The position numbers and the translations under genes were made by a program. The notes under the pieces were generated by a model that ran no database searches, was not told where the DNA came from, and saw only the letters and a list, made by a program, of their open reading frames with translations. A stretch of DNA of 49,461 nt from a virus. Below, one piece after another: positions 40,038 through 48,886 of the stretch. Numbering within the stretch: the stretch's first letter is position 1; every line of letters begins with the position of its first letter. Where the stretch lies: IMG/VR virus record IMGVR_UViG_3300044501_000030. One strand, 5' to 3'.

Positions 40038-40798
40038 CAGAGCACCACACCCACGACGATCCACTTCGAGCTGCTTCCATCGTAGAGGAACGTCGCGACA
40101 CCGCTCCCGGTCGTCACAATCCCAGCCATGCCGCTCACCGTGTTGATGCGGTTGTGGGGAAGCGAGAGTTGGCCTGCCGCGCTGGAGTTGTGCGCCACTG
40201 TCATTGCAGATCCCGTCCCATTGAAGAGGATCACGTAGGACCCATCTGGCGAAAGGTTGGCGATCGTTGCTCCGATGTGCAACCCGGTAACGACGAAGGG
40301 TGCCGTCGGTCCGGTAATACGATACGCCGAACCACCAGAAAGCACGATGTCGTTGTTGTCGCCATTCACGAGTGGCAACGCGGTGAAGGTGAAGGACGTC
40401 CCCGCTGAAGGCGTCGGCCCCGCCACGGCGTTGGTGATGAGTTCTTTCACTTGGTGCAGCGGCACGAGTTCGTTCGCTTGCCGCGCTTGGCGCTCGGAGC
40501 GCACGCCGTCCTTCGCGATGATCGAAGAGTTCGCGATGTGTTGCTTGTTGGCGTTCTCGAAGAGCGCTTTGTCTTCCAGTTCTCCGCGATTCGCGACGTC
40601 ACCCTGCGCCCGGCTCGCACCGACGTTGGTGATGCGGAAGCCTTGCATGTCAATGTTACCGCTGAAGGCAGGACGCTCCTTTAGGGCGTCGACATCCTGC
40701 CGGAGGTCAGCGAAGAGTCGGTTGAGCAAAGCAAAGACGCGACGGTCCGCGTCGGTCGTGCCTGGCGGAGCCAGGAGGCGCATGACTGGTTTTGGCAT
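40037..40798 (-). CDS. Tail-fibre-like protein (253 aa)
   Basis: Trimmed to the ATG at 40798, which overlaps the upstream stop. NIDMQGFRITNVGASRAQGDVANRGEL matches the common phage fibre N-terminal motif (…kI.nv..p…DavN…l). Confidence 0.5.
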   Translation of the reverse strand: MPKPVMRLLAPPGTTDADRRVFALLNRLFADLRQDVDALKERPAFSGNIDMQGFRITNVGASRAQGDVANRGELEDKALFENANKQHIANSSIIAKDGVRSERQARQANELVPLHQVKELITNAVAGPTPSAGTSFTFTALPLVNGDNNDIVLSGGSAYRITGPTAPFVVTGLHIGATIANLSPDGSYVILFNGTGSAMTVAHNSSAAGQLSLPHNRINTVSGMAGIVTTGSGVATFLYDGSSSKWIVVGVVL

Positions 40799-41385
40799 CA
40801 GCTGGTCCGCACGATGTAGTTCAACATCTCTTGCCCCAGCGCGCGACACGCTTTGGCGAAGTCCATGTCCCGATGGATCGACTCGCGCTCAAACTCTCGT
40901 GCAAGGACCAACATCGCGATGGGCAGCGCCATGACCTCTGGCACGTTCGTGGTGCGCACGGAAAGCGTGTGCAGCACACCAACTTCCGTATTCTGGAACG
41001 TGTCGTTCTTGGGATAAAGCCGCACGAAGCGGTCGCTTCGCTGATCGGTGGTGAACGCCACGGGTGAACCTGGGCGATCGTGCCAATGGCGGCTCCGCGT
41101 CTCGAACGTCGACTCCGCTTCGCGTGAGAGTTCACGGCCGTTGTAGAAGAGGGCGATCAGCCGAGCGAGATTGATCTCCGCAGGGAGTTCCAGCGACTCT
41201 TGATCGATTTGGCTGACGGTCGTCCCTGGATTGATCTGACTGAAGTTCGTGAACCACTGCCGCGTGTCGCTGCCGAGATCGAGGATGACCTCGCCGTAGA
41301 GGCGGTCGATCTCCGTGACGTCCGCCAGGTTGCACGAGAGCATCGACACGAGACTCAGGATGGTTGCCTTCGTGACGGCCATCAC
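40798..41385 (-). CDS. Virion adaptor/neck-like hypothetical protein (195 aa)
   Basis: Track ORF, assigned by position only. Confidence 0.5.
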   Translation of the reverse strand: MMAVTKATILSLVSMLSCNLADVTEIDRLYGEVILDLGSDTRQWFTNFSQINPGTTVSQIDQESLELPAEINLARLIALFYNGRELSREAESTFETRSRHWHDRPGSPVAFTTDQRSDRFVRLYPKNDTFQNTEVGVLHTLSVRTTNVPEVMALPIAMLVLAREFERESIHRDMDFAKACRALGQEMLNYIVRTS

Positions 41386-41404
41386 CCAAGCCTCCCAAAG
41401 AACG

Positions 41405-42013
41405 TCATGGAATCGCCAGTCCTTGGCTGACGCGTTGTGCCCGTTCTGCCGCCTGCGGGATGGAGGTGAGCAGCCGTTGGCGGAGCAACAGCACCGACTC
41501 GGCCAATGCGAGGATCATGGGCATGTGCTCATCGGGCAACTCGGTGATAGAGGCGGCTGTGGTGAGCGTCGCAGGCGTAACCAACGTCCGCCGAAGGATC
41601 GTGAACGGCGTTGTCCAGAGCGGCCAGAGGAGCATCACGTTCTGCCCGATCAGGTCCCAGTAGCGTGGACGCGGTGCGGTGGCGCGCAGCCAATGCGGGT
41701 CGTTCGCCGCCAAGGTACGCCAGTTGATCCGTGGGAGCGGTGTCGCAGCGATGGCCGCCGGCGTGTTCTTCCCGACGCGCACCTCAGTCATGCGCATCCA
41801 GTTGTTGATGAAGAGCGTCGTGAATGGCGTTGCCACCGGCGAAAGCAAAGCGGGAAGCGTGGCTTCGCGACGCACATCACCCGCTGCGTTCACCAACTGC
41901 TGACAGTACGAGAGAATTGGGTAGACGACCGTCGTCAGGTCGTGGGCGGTGTTCTGCGGATCACGGATGCGCCGACTGAGGACGGTCGCCAAGCTGCCAG
42001 CCGTTTCGGCCAC
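41405..42013 (-). CDS. Virion adaptor/neck-like hypothetical protein (202 aa, GTG start)
   Basis: Track ORF, assigned by position only. Confidence 0.5.
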   Translation of the reverse strand: MAETAGSLATVLSRRIRDPQNTAHDLTTVVYPILSYCQQLVNAAGDVRREATLPALLSPVATPFTTLFINNWMRMTEVRVGKNTPAAIAATPLPRINWRTLAANDPHWLRATAPRPRYWDLIGQNVMLLWPLWTTPFTILRRTLVTPATLTTAASITELPDEHMPMILALAESVLLLRQRLLTSIPQAAERAQRVSQGLAIP

Positions 42014-42016
42014 GGC

Positions 42017-42139
42017 TTACCATCCCCGCAGCAGCAATCGAAGGTAGGACGATGCCTCCACACTCCACAGGAAGGCCCAGAGGAACCACCCCACGAGGAT
42101 GAGCGGCCAAAAGAGCCCCACGATAAGGGAGATGGTCAT
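42017..42139 (-). CDS. Mini membrane peptide (40 aa; MTISLIVGLFWPLILVGWFLWAFLWSVEASSYLRLLLRGW)
   Basis: Hand-translated. It has an ATGA overlap with the upstream stop and fills the gap exactly. Confidence 0.4.
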   Translation of the reverse strand: MTISLIVGLFWPLILVGWFLWAFLWSVEASSYLRLLLRGW

Positions 42140-43065
42140 GGCCGGTTGCCTCGTGCGTAGATCTCATCGTGGGCGTTCCGGATGTCGAAGAACTGATTTG
42201 TACTGTGATCCCCAAGCATGAGATGGAGGTCTTCGATACCTCGGTCCATCTTCACCATGCGCGCTTGGGCTTTCTCCCATCGTCCCTCTTGCACACGGTA
42301 TTCGTTCCGCCAGAACGCGGCCATGTCGAGCTGCTTCATCTCGGCCGCTTGTGCCGCCTTGTAGCGCATGACGTCGATCAAGACCCCCTCTTTCAGGGCC
42401 TGGACGTCGACCGCGTGGGGCAACTCGTCGAGCAGATCAAAGCACTCCGGCACCGCTTCCCAGTAGATGTAGGTGACGGCTTCGATGGTGTTTGAGTACG
42501 GATAGACCTCGACCTGACGGACGCCATTCTCTTCGTTGTACTCTACGACCCAATAGGGGCCGCCACTACTGAACTGACGGTTCGGCTGAAGGACGTTGAG
42601 ATCGGCCATGTTGATATCTGTCCGGAGCGGACGGCGACGGCGTGGATGGGCGAACGTCCCGAGGAACGAGGCACGAGGGTCGAGCTTCGCATAGCGCTGG
42701 ACGATGCGATAGGTCGATGCGGTGTTGGTGTCCTCGGCGTACGGGACGTCCAGTTCCAACAGGTTGAACGTCGGGTCGAAGCCGATGATGCGATACCAGA
42801 CGGTCGCCGCTTGAAAGTAGCGCCCCACAAGATCGGCGGTCCACGTGGGTCCAGCGACCGCGCCGCCAGGCACCACGGGGTCGTCCCGTGTAACGTGGAC
42901 CGTTCCTGTCGTGAGCACGGCAGGGATGTCGAAGGCGCCGACGCGGCGCCGTTGCTTCAGCCGTCGGGTGTTGGCGAACTCACGGTACCGATCCGTGACC
43001 CAGCGTGCGGCAAGGAGAATGTTCTGGCTATCCGTCGCCAGGTCCCCGAGTGCTGCTCGTGCCAC
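42136..43065 (-). CDS. Virion structural hypothetical protein (309 aa)
   Basis: Track ORF, assigned by position only. Confidence 0.55.
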   Translation of the reverse strand: MARAALGDLATDSQNILLAARWVTDRYREFANTRRLKQRRRVGAFDIPAVLTTGTVHVTRDDPVVPGGAVAGPTWTADLVGRYFQAATVWYRIIGFDPTFNLLELDVPYAEDTNTASTYRIVQRYAKLDPRASFLGTFAHPRRRRPLRTDINMADLNVLQPNRQFSSGGPYWVVEYNEENGVRQVEVYPYSNTIEAVTYIYWEAVPECFDLLDELPHAVDVQALKEGVLIDVMRYKAAQAAEMKQLDMAAFWRNEYRVQEGRWEKAQARMVKMDRGIEDLHLMLGDHSTNQFFDIRNAHDEIYARGNRP

Positions 43066-43086
43066 GTGCTCAACCGTTGCCGTAGG

Positions 43087-43290
43087 TCACCCAATCTTCG
43101 TTGCGCGACCACGAACAGGCTGAAAGCGGTTGGAGGGGACGATCTGCTTCCGCGCGTAGTCCGCGAGCCGCCCCTCCTGGCGGAGGGCCTTTTGCACCGC
43201 TGGCCGATGCTTCTCAGGAACCTTGTCGAGCGTCGTCTGCCGCCGACGGATTGCCATCGCGGAGTCGAAGGGATTGAACTCTTTGGCCAT
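43087..43290 (-). CDS. Hypothetical protein (67 aa)
   Basis: Track ORF trimmed to the ATG at 43290. Confidence 0.5.
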   Translation of the reverse strand: MAKEFNPFDSAMAIRRRQTTLDKVPEKHRPAVQKALRQEGRLADYARKQIVPSNRFQPVRGRATKIG

Positions 43291-43424
43291 CACTTCTTCT
43301 TTCTGCTCTTGCCGGCGACCGAGTAGGCAATCGCTTCCGCTTGACGTTGCGGTTTTCCTGCACGAACTTCTGTCGCGATGTTCTGACTGATTGTCTTCTT
43401 GCTACTCCCTTTTTTGAGCGGCAT
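43290..43424 (-). CDS. Small basic protein (44 aa; [44 protein letters not shown])
   Basis: Hand-translated. It has 1-nt overlaps at both ends and resembles a conserved small basic protein family (…AGKPQ+QA.AIA.S…). Confidence 0.45.
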   Translation of the reverse strand: MPLKKGSSKKTISQNIATEVRAGKPQRQAEAIAYSVAGKSRKKK

Positions 43425-44839
43425 TAGAGTGTTCCTCCGGCGCCCGCCACGACGGCGCCCGTCGCATTGAGCGGCTCAAACCAACAGTGAAACACGATGA
43501 TCCCGCCGGTGAACGCGTCGGTCACAATCTGAAAGCCGATGTCGTTGCCGCTCTCGACGCGATCGATCACCGAAGAGAACGCCATGACCTTTGCCGGTGT
43601 CCCCGTCAGCCAGATCTCCCCTGCGTCGATGTCTGCCCCCGCTGTCGCTGCGATGAACGCCGTTGTGGAACCTTCGTCCCCCAATTGGATGGTGCCAGCT
43701 CCGGCGGTAGTCAGATCCGTTGAGCAGATAGGGATGATCCGGAGTCGGACCGCACCGGTCACGGTGAGGATCTCATGAGTGGCGACCGTGTTCCAGGTGG
43801 CCGAAGAGAAGTCCACCGAGACGGGGATGTAGTTGGCACGGAAGAAACTGGCCTCGTTGCCGATGATCTGATCGACGAGCCCCGAATTGACGGGCAACTG
43901 CGTCCCCACGAGTGGAATCGGTGTGGCAACCGCGTTGGCGGCGTCTGTATCGTAGCCGAAGTTCTCGATCGCGGCTGCGGTGTTGTTGACGAGCGCAATC
44001 GTGAGGTCATCGCAGAGTACGGTGTTGCGCACGATCAGCCCTGTCGACGCGGCGACGATGTTGATACCATACTGCGTTGAACCGTTGGCGGTGATCTCGT
44101 TGTCGTGGATGTAGAGGTTCGTGCAGATGCCCGTGTCGTAGATCCCCGCATCGGCGAAACTCCCAACGATGCGGTTGTACGCGATCTCGATCCCATCCGG
44201 TGTACCCACCAAGAGGACGGCGCTGTTCGGTCCAGCATCCGTCGAGCTGTTGAAGTAGTTCCCAATGAGCCGCATCCGGCTCGCGTTGCTGTCGGTCACG
44301 ACGACGTCGGCACACTGGCCGGCTGGGCTGGAGAGCAGGATCTCGCACGCAAACAGCGTGAAGTCCGCCGCGTTGACGTCGATCGGGGAGACCAGTGCGT
44401 CGACACCCGTGAAGTTGAAGATCAATCCTTGGAGGCTGACGTTCGCCGCGTTGATCGCGAGGGAGGCATTGACGCTCGCTGCAAACGTGAACGTAGGTCG
44501 GCTGCGCCCGCCGATCTCTGGCAAACCGATGATGCGGATACCCGAAACGTCGCAGTTGATGCCCCCAGCGCCGGTGATCGTCTCGGTGTGCCCAGGAAGC
44601 ACGAAAACAACATCCCCACGACCAGCGCCACACTGACCGATCGCAAAGTCGAGGCTCGCGAACGGAGATTGGGGACTCGTGCCGTGGAGGCTGTCATCAC
44701 CTTTGTTCCCTGAGGTGGAATCGACGAACCAGACTTGGCCCGTCGTCATGACCGAACCGCCACCGATCACCGGCATCCCGAACGAACTGACGCCGAGCGG
44801 GAAGTTCGTGATCTGAGCAACTGAGACTGGCGCCGCCAC
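43424..44839 (-). CDS. Right-handed beta-helix repeat protein (471 aa; tailspike/depolymerase-like)
   Basis: Periodic …I.GN / N.V / I..N segments are present ([50 protein letters not shown]). Confidence 0.5.
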   Translation of the reverse strand: MAAPVSVAQITNFPLGVSSFGMPVIGGGSVMTTGQVWFVDSTSGNKGDDSLHGTSPQSPFASLDFAIGQCGAGRGDVVFVLPGHTETITGAGGINCDVSGIRIIGLPEIGGRSRPTFTFAASVNASLAINAANVSLQGLIFNFTGVDALVSPIDVNAADFTLFACEILLSSPAGQCADVVVTDSNASRMRLIGNYFNSSTDAGPNSAVLLVGTPDGIEIAYNRIVGSFADAGIYDTGICTNLYIHDNEITANGSTQYGINIVAASTGLIVRNTVLCDDLTIALVNNTAAAIENFGYDTDAANAVATPIPLVGTQLPVNSGLVDQIIGNEASFFRANYIPVSVDFSSATWNTVATHEILTVTGAVRLRIIPICSTDLTTAGAGTIQLGDEGSTTAFIAATAGADIDAGEIWLTGTPAKVMAFSSVIDRVESGNDIGFQIVTDAFTGGIIVFHCWFEPLNATGAVVAGAGGTL

Positions 44840-45624
44840 TAGACGGCCTGGGTGAAGAAGGCCCAGTCGATCGTCAACACGCGCGCGGTGGTGCCCCCCT
44901 CTTGACCCACCAAGAATGTGGGGACGATGTCGATGTCATCGGGCGCGGTCGTGGCGGCAACCCGCACGCCACTCCCGAGAAGGGCATTGTTGGTCAAGAA
45001 CATGTCGTTCGGGTCTGAGGCACCGTAGAAGGTGCACACGCCAGACTTCACGGTGAATCCACAGAGGAAGAACGTGTCGAGCACGATAGTGATGCCCAGT
45101 GCCGTGGAACCGGTCGAAGTCGTGTTCTTCCGGACGTGACAAGTGAGGTCCGTCGCGGTCGCAGCCTTGAAGAAGCCAATGCCGTCATCAACCGCGATGG
45201 CGGAGGCAGAAATGGGCGATGTGTCGATGCCGAAGAGGCCAAACATGAAGTCGGTGGTGATGGCCGTCGAGAGCTTCACGCGGGCGAAACAGGCGATGTC
45301 GAGCGTGGCGGAGTATCGGAAGGGCGACAACATCGTCGTGTACTGCAATCCTGAGTTGTCCTCATCGGTCGTGCCACCCGTGAACACAAGCTGCCCCGCG
45401 TTGCTGATCGCGACCGTCGATGAGCCTGTGCCAACGTCGGTGAGGACCCACCCATTGGAACTCCCGGCTGTCAGCGGCCCCACCCAGGTTTGTCCCGCGC
45501 CGACGATGACTTCACGCGCGGAACTGGTGACGGCGCGCTGCATCAACGGGAGATTCAGCCCATCGAGCGGTGAGCTGGGGCGGGAGTAGAGGAGCGGACC
45601 ACGAAAGAACGTACTCATGTGCAT
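44839..45624 (-). CDS. Beta-rich structural hypothetical protein (261 aa)
   Basis: Track ORF with GGAGGA upstream. It is the first gene after the capsid gene. Confidence 0.55.
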   Translation of the reverse strand: MHMSTFFRGPLLYSRPSSPLDGLNLPLMQRAVTSSAREVIVGAGQTWVGPLTAGSSNGWVLTDVGTGSSTVAISNAGQLVFTGGTTDEDNSGLQYTTMLSPFRYSATLDIACFARVKLSTAITTDFMFGLFGIDTSPISASAIAVDDGIGFFKAATATDLTCHVRKNTTSTGSTALGITIVLDTFFLCGFTVKSGVCTFYGASDPNDMFLTNNALLGSGVRVAATTAPDDIDIVPTFLVGQEGGTTARVLTIDWAFFTQAV

Positions 45625-45784
45625 CCTCCTACGCGGCGGTCAAGTGCCACCCGGTGCTGCGTGTGAGGTGGAGAGCGGCCGGCCACTTGGGATGACTTCC
45701 GCCATCCTCACGTTCGGAACGGCTGTTCCGTAAGGACAACGGCGACCGCCCTCCAACGATTGACTAAGCTAAGTCCTTGATCTA

Positions 45785-46687
45785 TCAGCCCGTCGACCCG
45801 TCAATACCTTTCCAGCGGCCAAAGCCAGGGATGTGGCGCTGCCATACAGTAAAGACCGCGTTGCCGGTCCACGGGTCATCGAAGCTGTCGAATGACGGCG
45901 GTGTCCGGATGAAGAAGTTGAGATCGTGCACGCTCTTCGAGCACAGCCCGAACCAGTACGTCGCCGTGGTGAGGTAGTGGTTGACCATCCAGCCCATGTC
46001 CTCTTCAAGCAGGCTGTTGATCTCGTTGTCGGCGGTGAATGGCTTGTGCGCCGAGCCGAGGATCTCGCGGGCATTGAACTTGTTCGTCGGCGTGACGAGG
46101 AACATGGAGGGCTGCAACAGTTCCGTCAACCCGCGTTCGTTCACGAGGTTCTCGAAGCGGACGAGCAGCGCTTGGATACCCGTCACGCTGAAGCCGATGT
46201 CCGGGGAGGGCCGATTGGCCTGCGCGGCGCCGCCATCGATCCGGGCATGCGAGGTCGAGCAGAGGGACTCCGCCGCAATGAAGCCGACGAAGGAGGTCGA
46301 GAAGGCATTGTTCAAGAGGCTATGCGCATCGATCTCCATCCGCTGTCGACTCGATCGTCCCAACTCCTTGCCCATGTCGTTGATCGGACCGTAGAAGTCG
46401 TCTTCCCACATCGGTCGCGTGACCTCGAAGGCGCCACCATAGGGCACCGCCTCGTAGGCCTTTGTGCCCCCAAGGATGGGATTGTCGAGCGGGAACTGGG
46501 TGCCTTCCGGCATGCTCCCGACCGTGGTGAGCCCAGTGATCTGGCGATCGGTCACGGGATTCCATGGCATGTCGGGGACGTTGGCCCACGCGGAGAACTC
46601 CGGCGGACGGTCGACGCCGACTTCCATGACCACTTTGCGGATGCCCGGCGTGAGCAGGGCACCAAAGGTATTTCTGTTGGCTGGCAT
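45785..46687 (-). CDS. Major capsid protein (300 aa, HK97-fold type expected)
   Basis: It has a strong SD (AGGAGGG) and lies after the portal, scaffold and decoration-like genes. A 160-bp structured gap follows it. Size and sequence resemble Mu gpT-like ~300-aa capsid proteins. Confidence 0.65.
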   Translation of the reverse strand: MPANRNTFGALLTPGIRKVVMEVGVDRPPEFSAWANVPDMPWNPVTDRQITGLTTVGSMPEGTQFPLDNPILGGTKAYEAVPYGGAFEVTRPMWEDDFYGPINDMGKELGRSSRQRMEIDAHSLLNNAFSTSFVGFIAAESLCSTSHARIDGGAAQANRPSPDIGFSVTGIQALLVRFENLVNERGLTELLQPSMFLVTPTNKFNAREILGSAHKPFTADNEINSLLEEDMGWMVNHYLTTATYWFGLCSKSVHDLNFFIRTPPSFDSFDDPWTGNAVFTVWQRHIPGFGRWKGIDGSTG

Positions 46688-46696
46688 CGTTCCCTC

Positions 46697-47191
46697 CTAG
46701 TTTGTTGCGACCGATGTGTAGATAGTGGCTTCCGGCAGGATGACGAAGAAGACACGCCCGTTCACCGTGCCGTTGGGGTCTTTGAAGCCGACGACCACCA
46801 CCCGCTCATCGGTGGTGTCCGAGGAGTCGACGAACCAGTGGTCGCTGGTCGCATCGAGCGTGAGCCCGAACCGTGTGAACATGTGACTCGCGACCGAGAG
46901 CGCTGTGGTGCCGGACCCCGCGTCGAGGTTGCCTTCGAAGACGAAGTTAGGATGCGCTGGCAGGATCGGCACCTCGTGGCTTGTGGTGCCCGAGGCCGGT
47001 GCGGCAGCAACGCCCACGACCGTTGCGAGCGTCGGTGCGTTGTCTCCAGATGTTCCCTTGATGATGAGTCCTGACGCGACGGTGAGAATCGATCCACGCT
47101 TGTAGGTCTGACTTGCTCCTTCGTGGCCGGTGAAGACAGCATGCGCCATCGTTCCCAGCCCCGGTCCTGCCTCTATTGCCTGATAGCCCAT
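46697..47191 (-). CDS. Head decoration/cement-like protein (164 aa)
   Basis: It has a strong SD (AGGAGG) and sits immediately upstream of the capsid gene. It is beta-rich. The assignment is positional. Confidence 0.4.
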   Translation of the reverse strand: MGYQAIEAGPGLGTMAHAVFTGHEGASQTYKRGSILTVASGLIIKGTSGDNAPTLATVVGVAAAPASGTTSHEVPILPAHPNFVFEGNLDAGSGTTALSVASHMFTRFGLTLDATSDHWFVDSSDTTDERVVVVGFKDPNGTVNGRVFFVILPEATIYTSVATN

Positions 47192-47200
47192 GGTTTCCTC

Positions 47201-47872
47201 CTACCGTTGGCCGGGAGCGGCGACACCAGGGACGCGCCCCTCGCGAATTTGGTTGTCGAGCATGCGATTCGCTGTCTCGTGAGCTTCCGCGTGTTTCATC
47301 GCACGCTGCAAGACGGGATCGTTCGGATCGGTGTGCACGATCATCCTGTGCTCCCGCGCTTTGTCCTGCATCCCTTCCATCGCGCCCGTGCGCTGGCGTT
47401 CCGCTTTGCGCTCTTCATAGGCGCGGATGGCCTCGTAGACCTCCATGCGGCAGCGGAGCAGCATGACGTCACCGAGGCAACGCGTGGTGTCCATGCCGGG
47501 ACCCGTCGCTTTTCGCTCGATCGCTTCCGGCATGTTCCCACAGACGACTTCCCAACAGGGCAGGATGCCCTGGTTGGTCTTGACGGTCATCGCGAGCTTC
47601 ATCTGGACTTGGGTCACCCCACCCGCGTCGCCTTTGAAGCGTGCCCAGCAGTAGACGTAGCCTGGTTGTGCGTGGGAGACTTCGAGAGAGTTGAAGTGCT
47701 GCGCAATCTCACTCTCGATCACGAGTTTCTTCGGGTCGATCGCGCCGCGCTCCTCGGAACGCTCTTCGGCTTGCTGCGCCAGGTCGTCCGTGGCACGCGC
47801 CATCGCGTCGGCGCGCTTCGGGCCTTTGGGCTCGTCGATCGGACGGCCCTTCAGTCGGTGGCCGACCTTCAT
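47201..47872 (-). CDS. Head-morphogenesis-module hypothetical protein (223 aa)
   Basis: Track ORF 47201..47938 trimmed to the ATG at 47872 (ATGA overlap with the scaffold stop). Confidence 0.5.
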   Translation of the reverse strand: MKVGHRLKGRPIDEPKGPKRADAMARATDDLAQQAEERSEERGAIDPKKLVIESEIAQHFNSLEVSHAQPGYVYCWARFKGDAGGVTQVQMKLAMTVKTNQGILPCWEVVCGNMPEAIERKATGPGMDTTRCLGDVMLLRCRMEVYEAIRAYEERKAERQRTGAMEGMQDKAREHRMIVHTDPNDPVLQRAMKHAEAHETANRMLDNQIREGRVPGVAAPGQR

Positions 47873-48684
47873 GCGGTGCCTCCCATCGTTTCCTTGACGT
47901 AGGCTGGCCAATCTTTGTAGCCCATCTTCTTGGCCCACAGGTCAGGGCCACCCTTCCGGTCAACCTCTTTCGCTAGCTCCTCACCATAGAGTTGCTCGAC
48001 GGTCGGGATCGCATTGTTCCCCTGGCTTCGACCCGCACGACCAGGGGTGGGACCCCCACCAGGGTTGGGAGTCGCTTTCCGGGCGCGCCGTTCGATCTCT
48101 TCTTCGACCAACGTCTCGTAGTTGGCGCCGACTTCGTGGTAGTACGCGGCCTTGACGACCTCGGGGTTGATCTGTGCCTCCGCCGTGAGATTGACGAGAT
48201 GCTTTTCGATGCCCCCCCTCAGCCGATCAAAGTGCTTCAGCTTTGGATCGCGGGCGACGACCTCTCTGACGAGGGCAGAAATCGCCGGCATGCCGTAGCC
48301 GCCGATCTGCTGATTGATGGGGTCGATGGCCTCCCGGCGGAGCTTGTCTGTCGCGGCGGCGGTCTCTTCACGGATCATCTGGCGCGTGAGGCGTGCCGCC
48401 TTCTTGTTGTCGCCGGCCTCAACTGCGGCTTCGATGTCGTCTTCGGTGACGGTGAACTTCGGCGTGTCGTCCGCCGGGATGTTGCCCGCGTTCCGATTGG
48501 CGGCGAGCGCGTTGAAGATCCGCTGCTCGCGCTCTTCCCCTTTGGTGAGTGCCGCGCGGAGTGCTTCGAGTTCCTTGTCGCGCGGATCGGGCTCGGGAGC
48601 CTTCGGTGCTTCGACAACCGGGGGCGGATCGTCTCCAGCGATCGGCTCTTCGAGCGGCTCGTCAGGCTTTGGTTCGTCGGGCAT
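47869..48684 (-). CDS. Scaffolding protein candidate (271 aa)
   Basis: It has an acidic, Pro-rich N-terminus and helical charged sequence, and lies between the portal and capsid genes. Confidence 0.5.
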   Translation of the reverse strand: MPDEPKPDEPLEEPIAGDDPPPVVEAPKAPEPDPRDKELEALRAALTKGEEREQRIFNALAANRNAGNIPADDTPKFTVTEDDIEAAVEAGDNKKAARLTRQMIREETAAATDKLRREAIDPINQQIGGYGMPAISALVREVVARDPKLKHFDRLRGGIEKHLVNLTAEAQINPEVVKAAYYHEVGANYETLVEEEIERRARKATPNPGGGPTPGRAGRSQGNNAIPTVEQLYGEELAKEVDRKGGPDLWAKKMGYKDWPAYVKETMGGTA

Positions 48685-48883
48685 TGCGCTCTCCTTCTTC
48701 GACGACCGACTTCACTTTGCGCTGAAACTCCTTGACAATGCGAACCATACACTGCGCCCGCACAACGTCTTCGCCGCTGGCCGTTTCGAGTTCTCGGTGG
48801 GCTTCAGTAATCTGCTCTTGACAGAAGTCCTTGAGGGCCACCCTGGCCTCGTGGTTGTCCTTGAAGAGATCACCGAGCCGCAT
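48662..48883 (-). CDS. Hypothetical protein (73 aa)
   Basis: Track ORF. ATG lies 3 nt after the portal stop. Confidence 0.5.
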   Translation of the reverse strand: MRLGDLFKDNHEARVALKDFCQEQITEAHRELETASGEDVVRAQCMVRIVKEFQRKVKSVVEEGERNARRTKA

Positions 48884-48886
48884 GTA

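Noticed and set aside
45926-47074. 382-aa plus-strand ORF
   Set aside because: It is antisense to the capsid and decoration genes, which have strong SDs and protein-like sequences. Its Arg/Gly/Asp-rich composition looks like an artefact.
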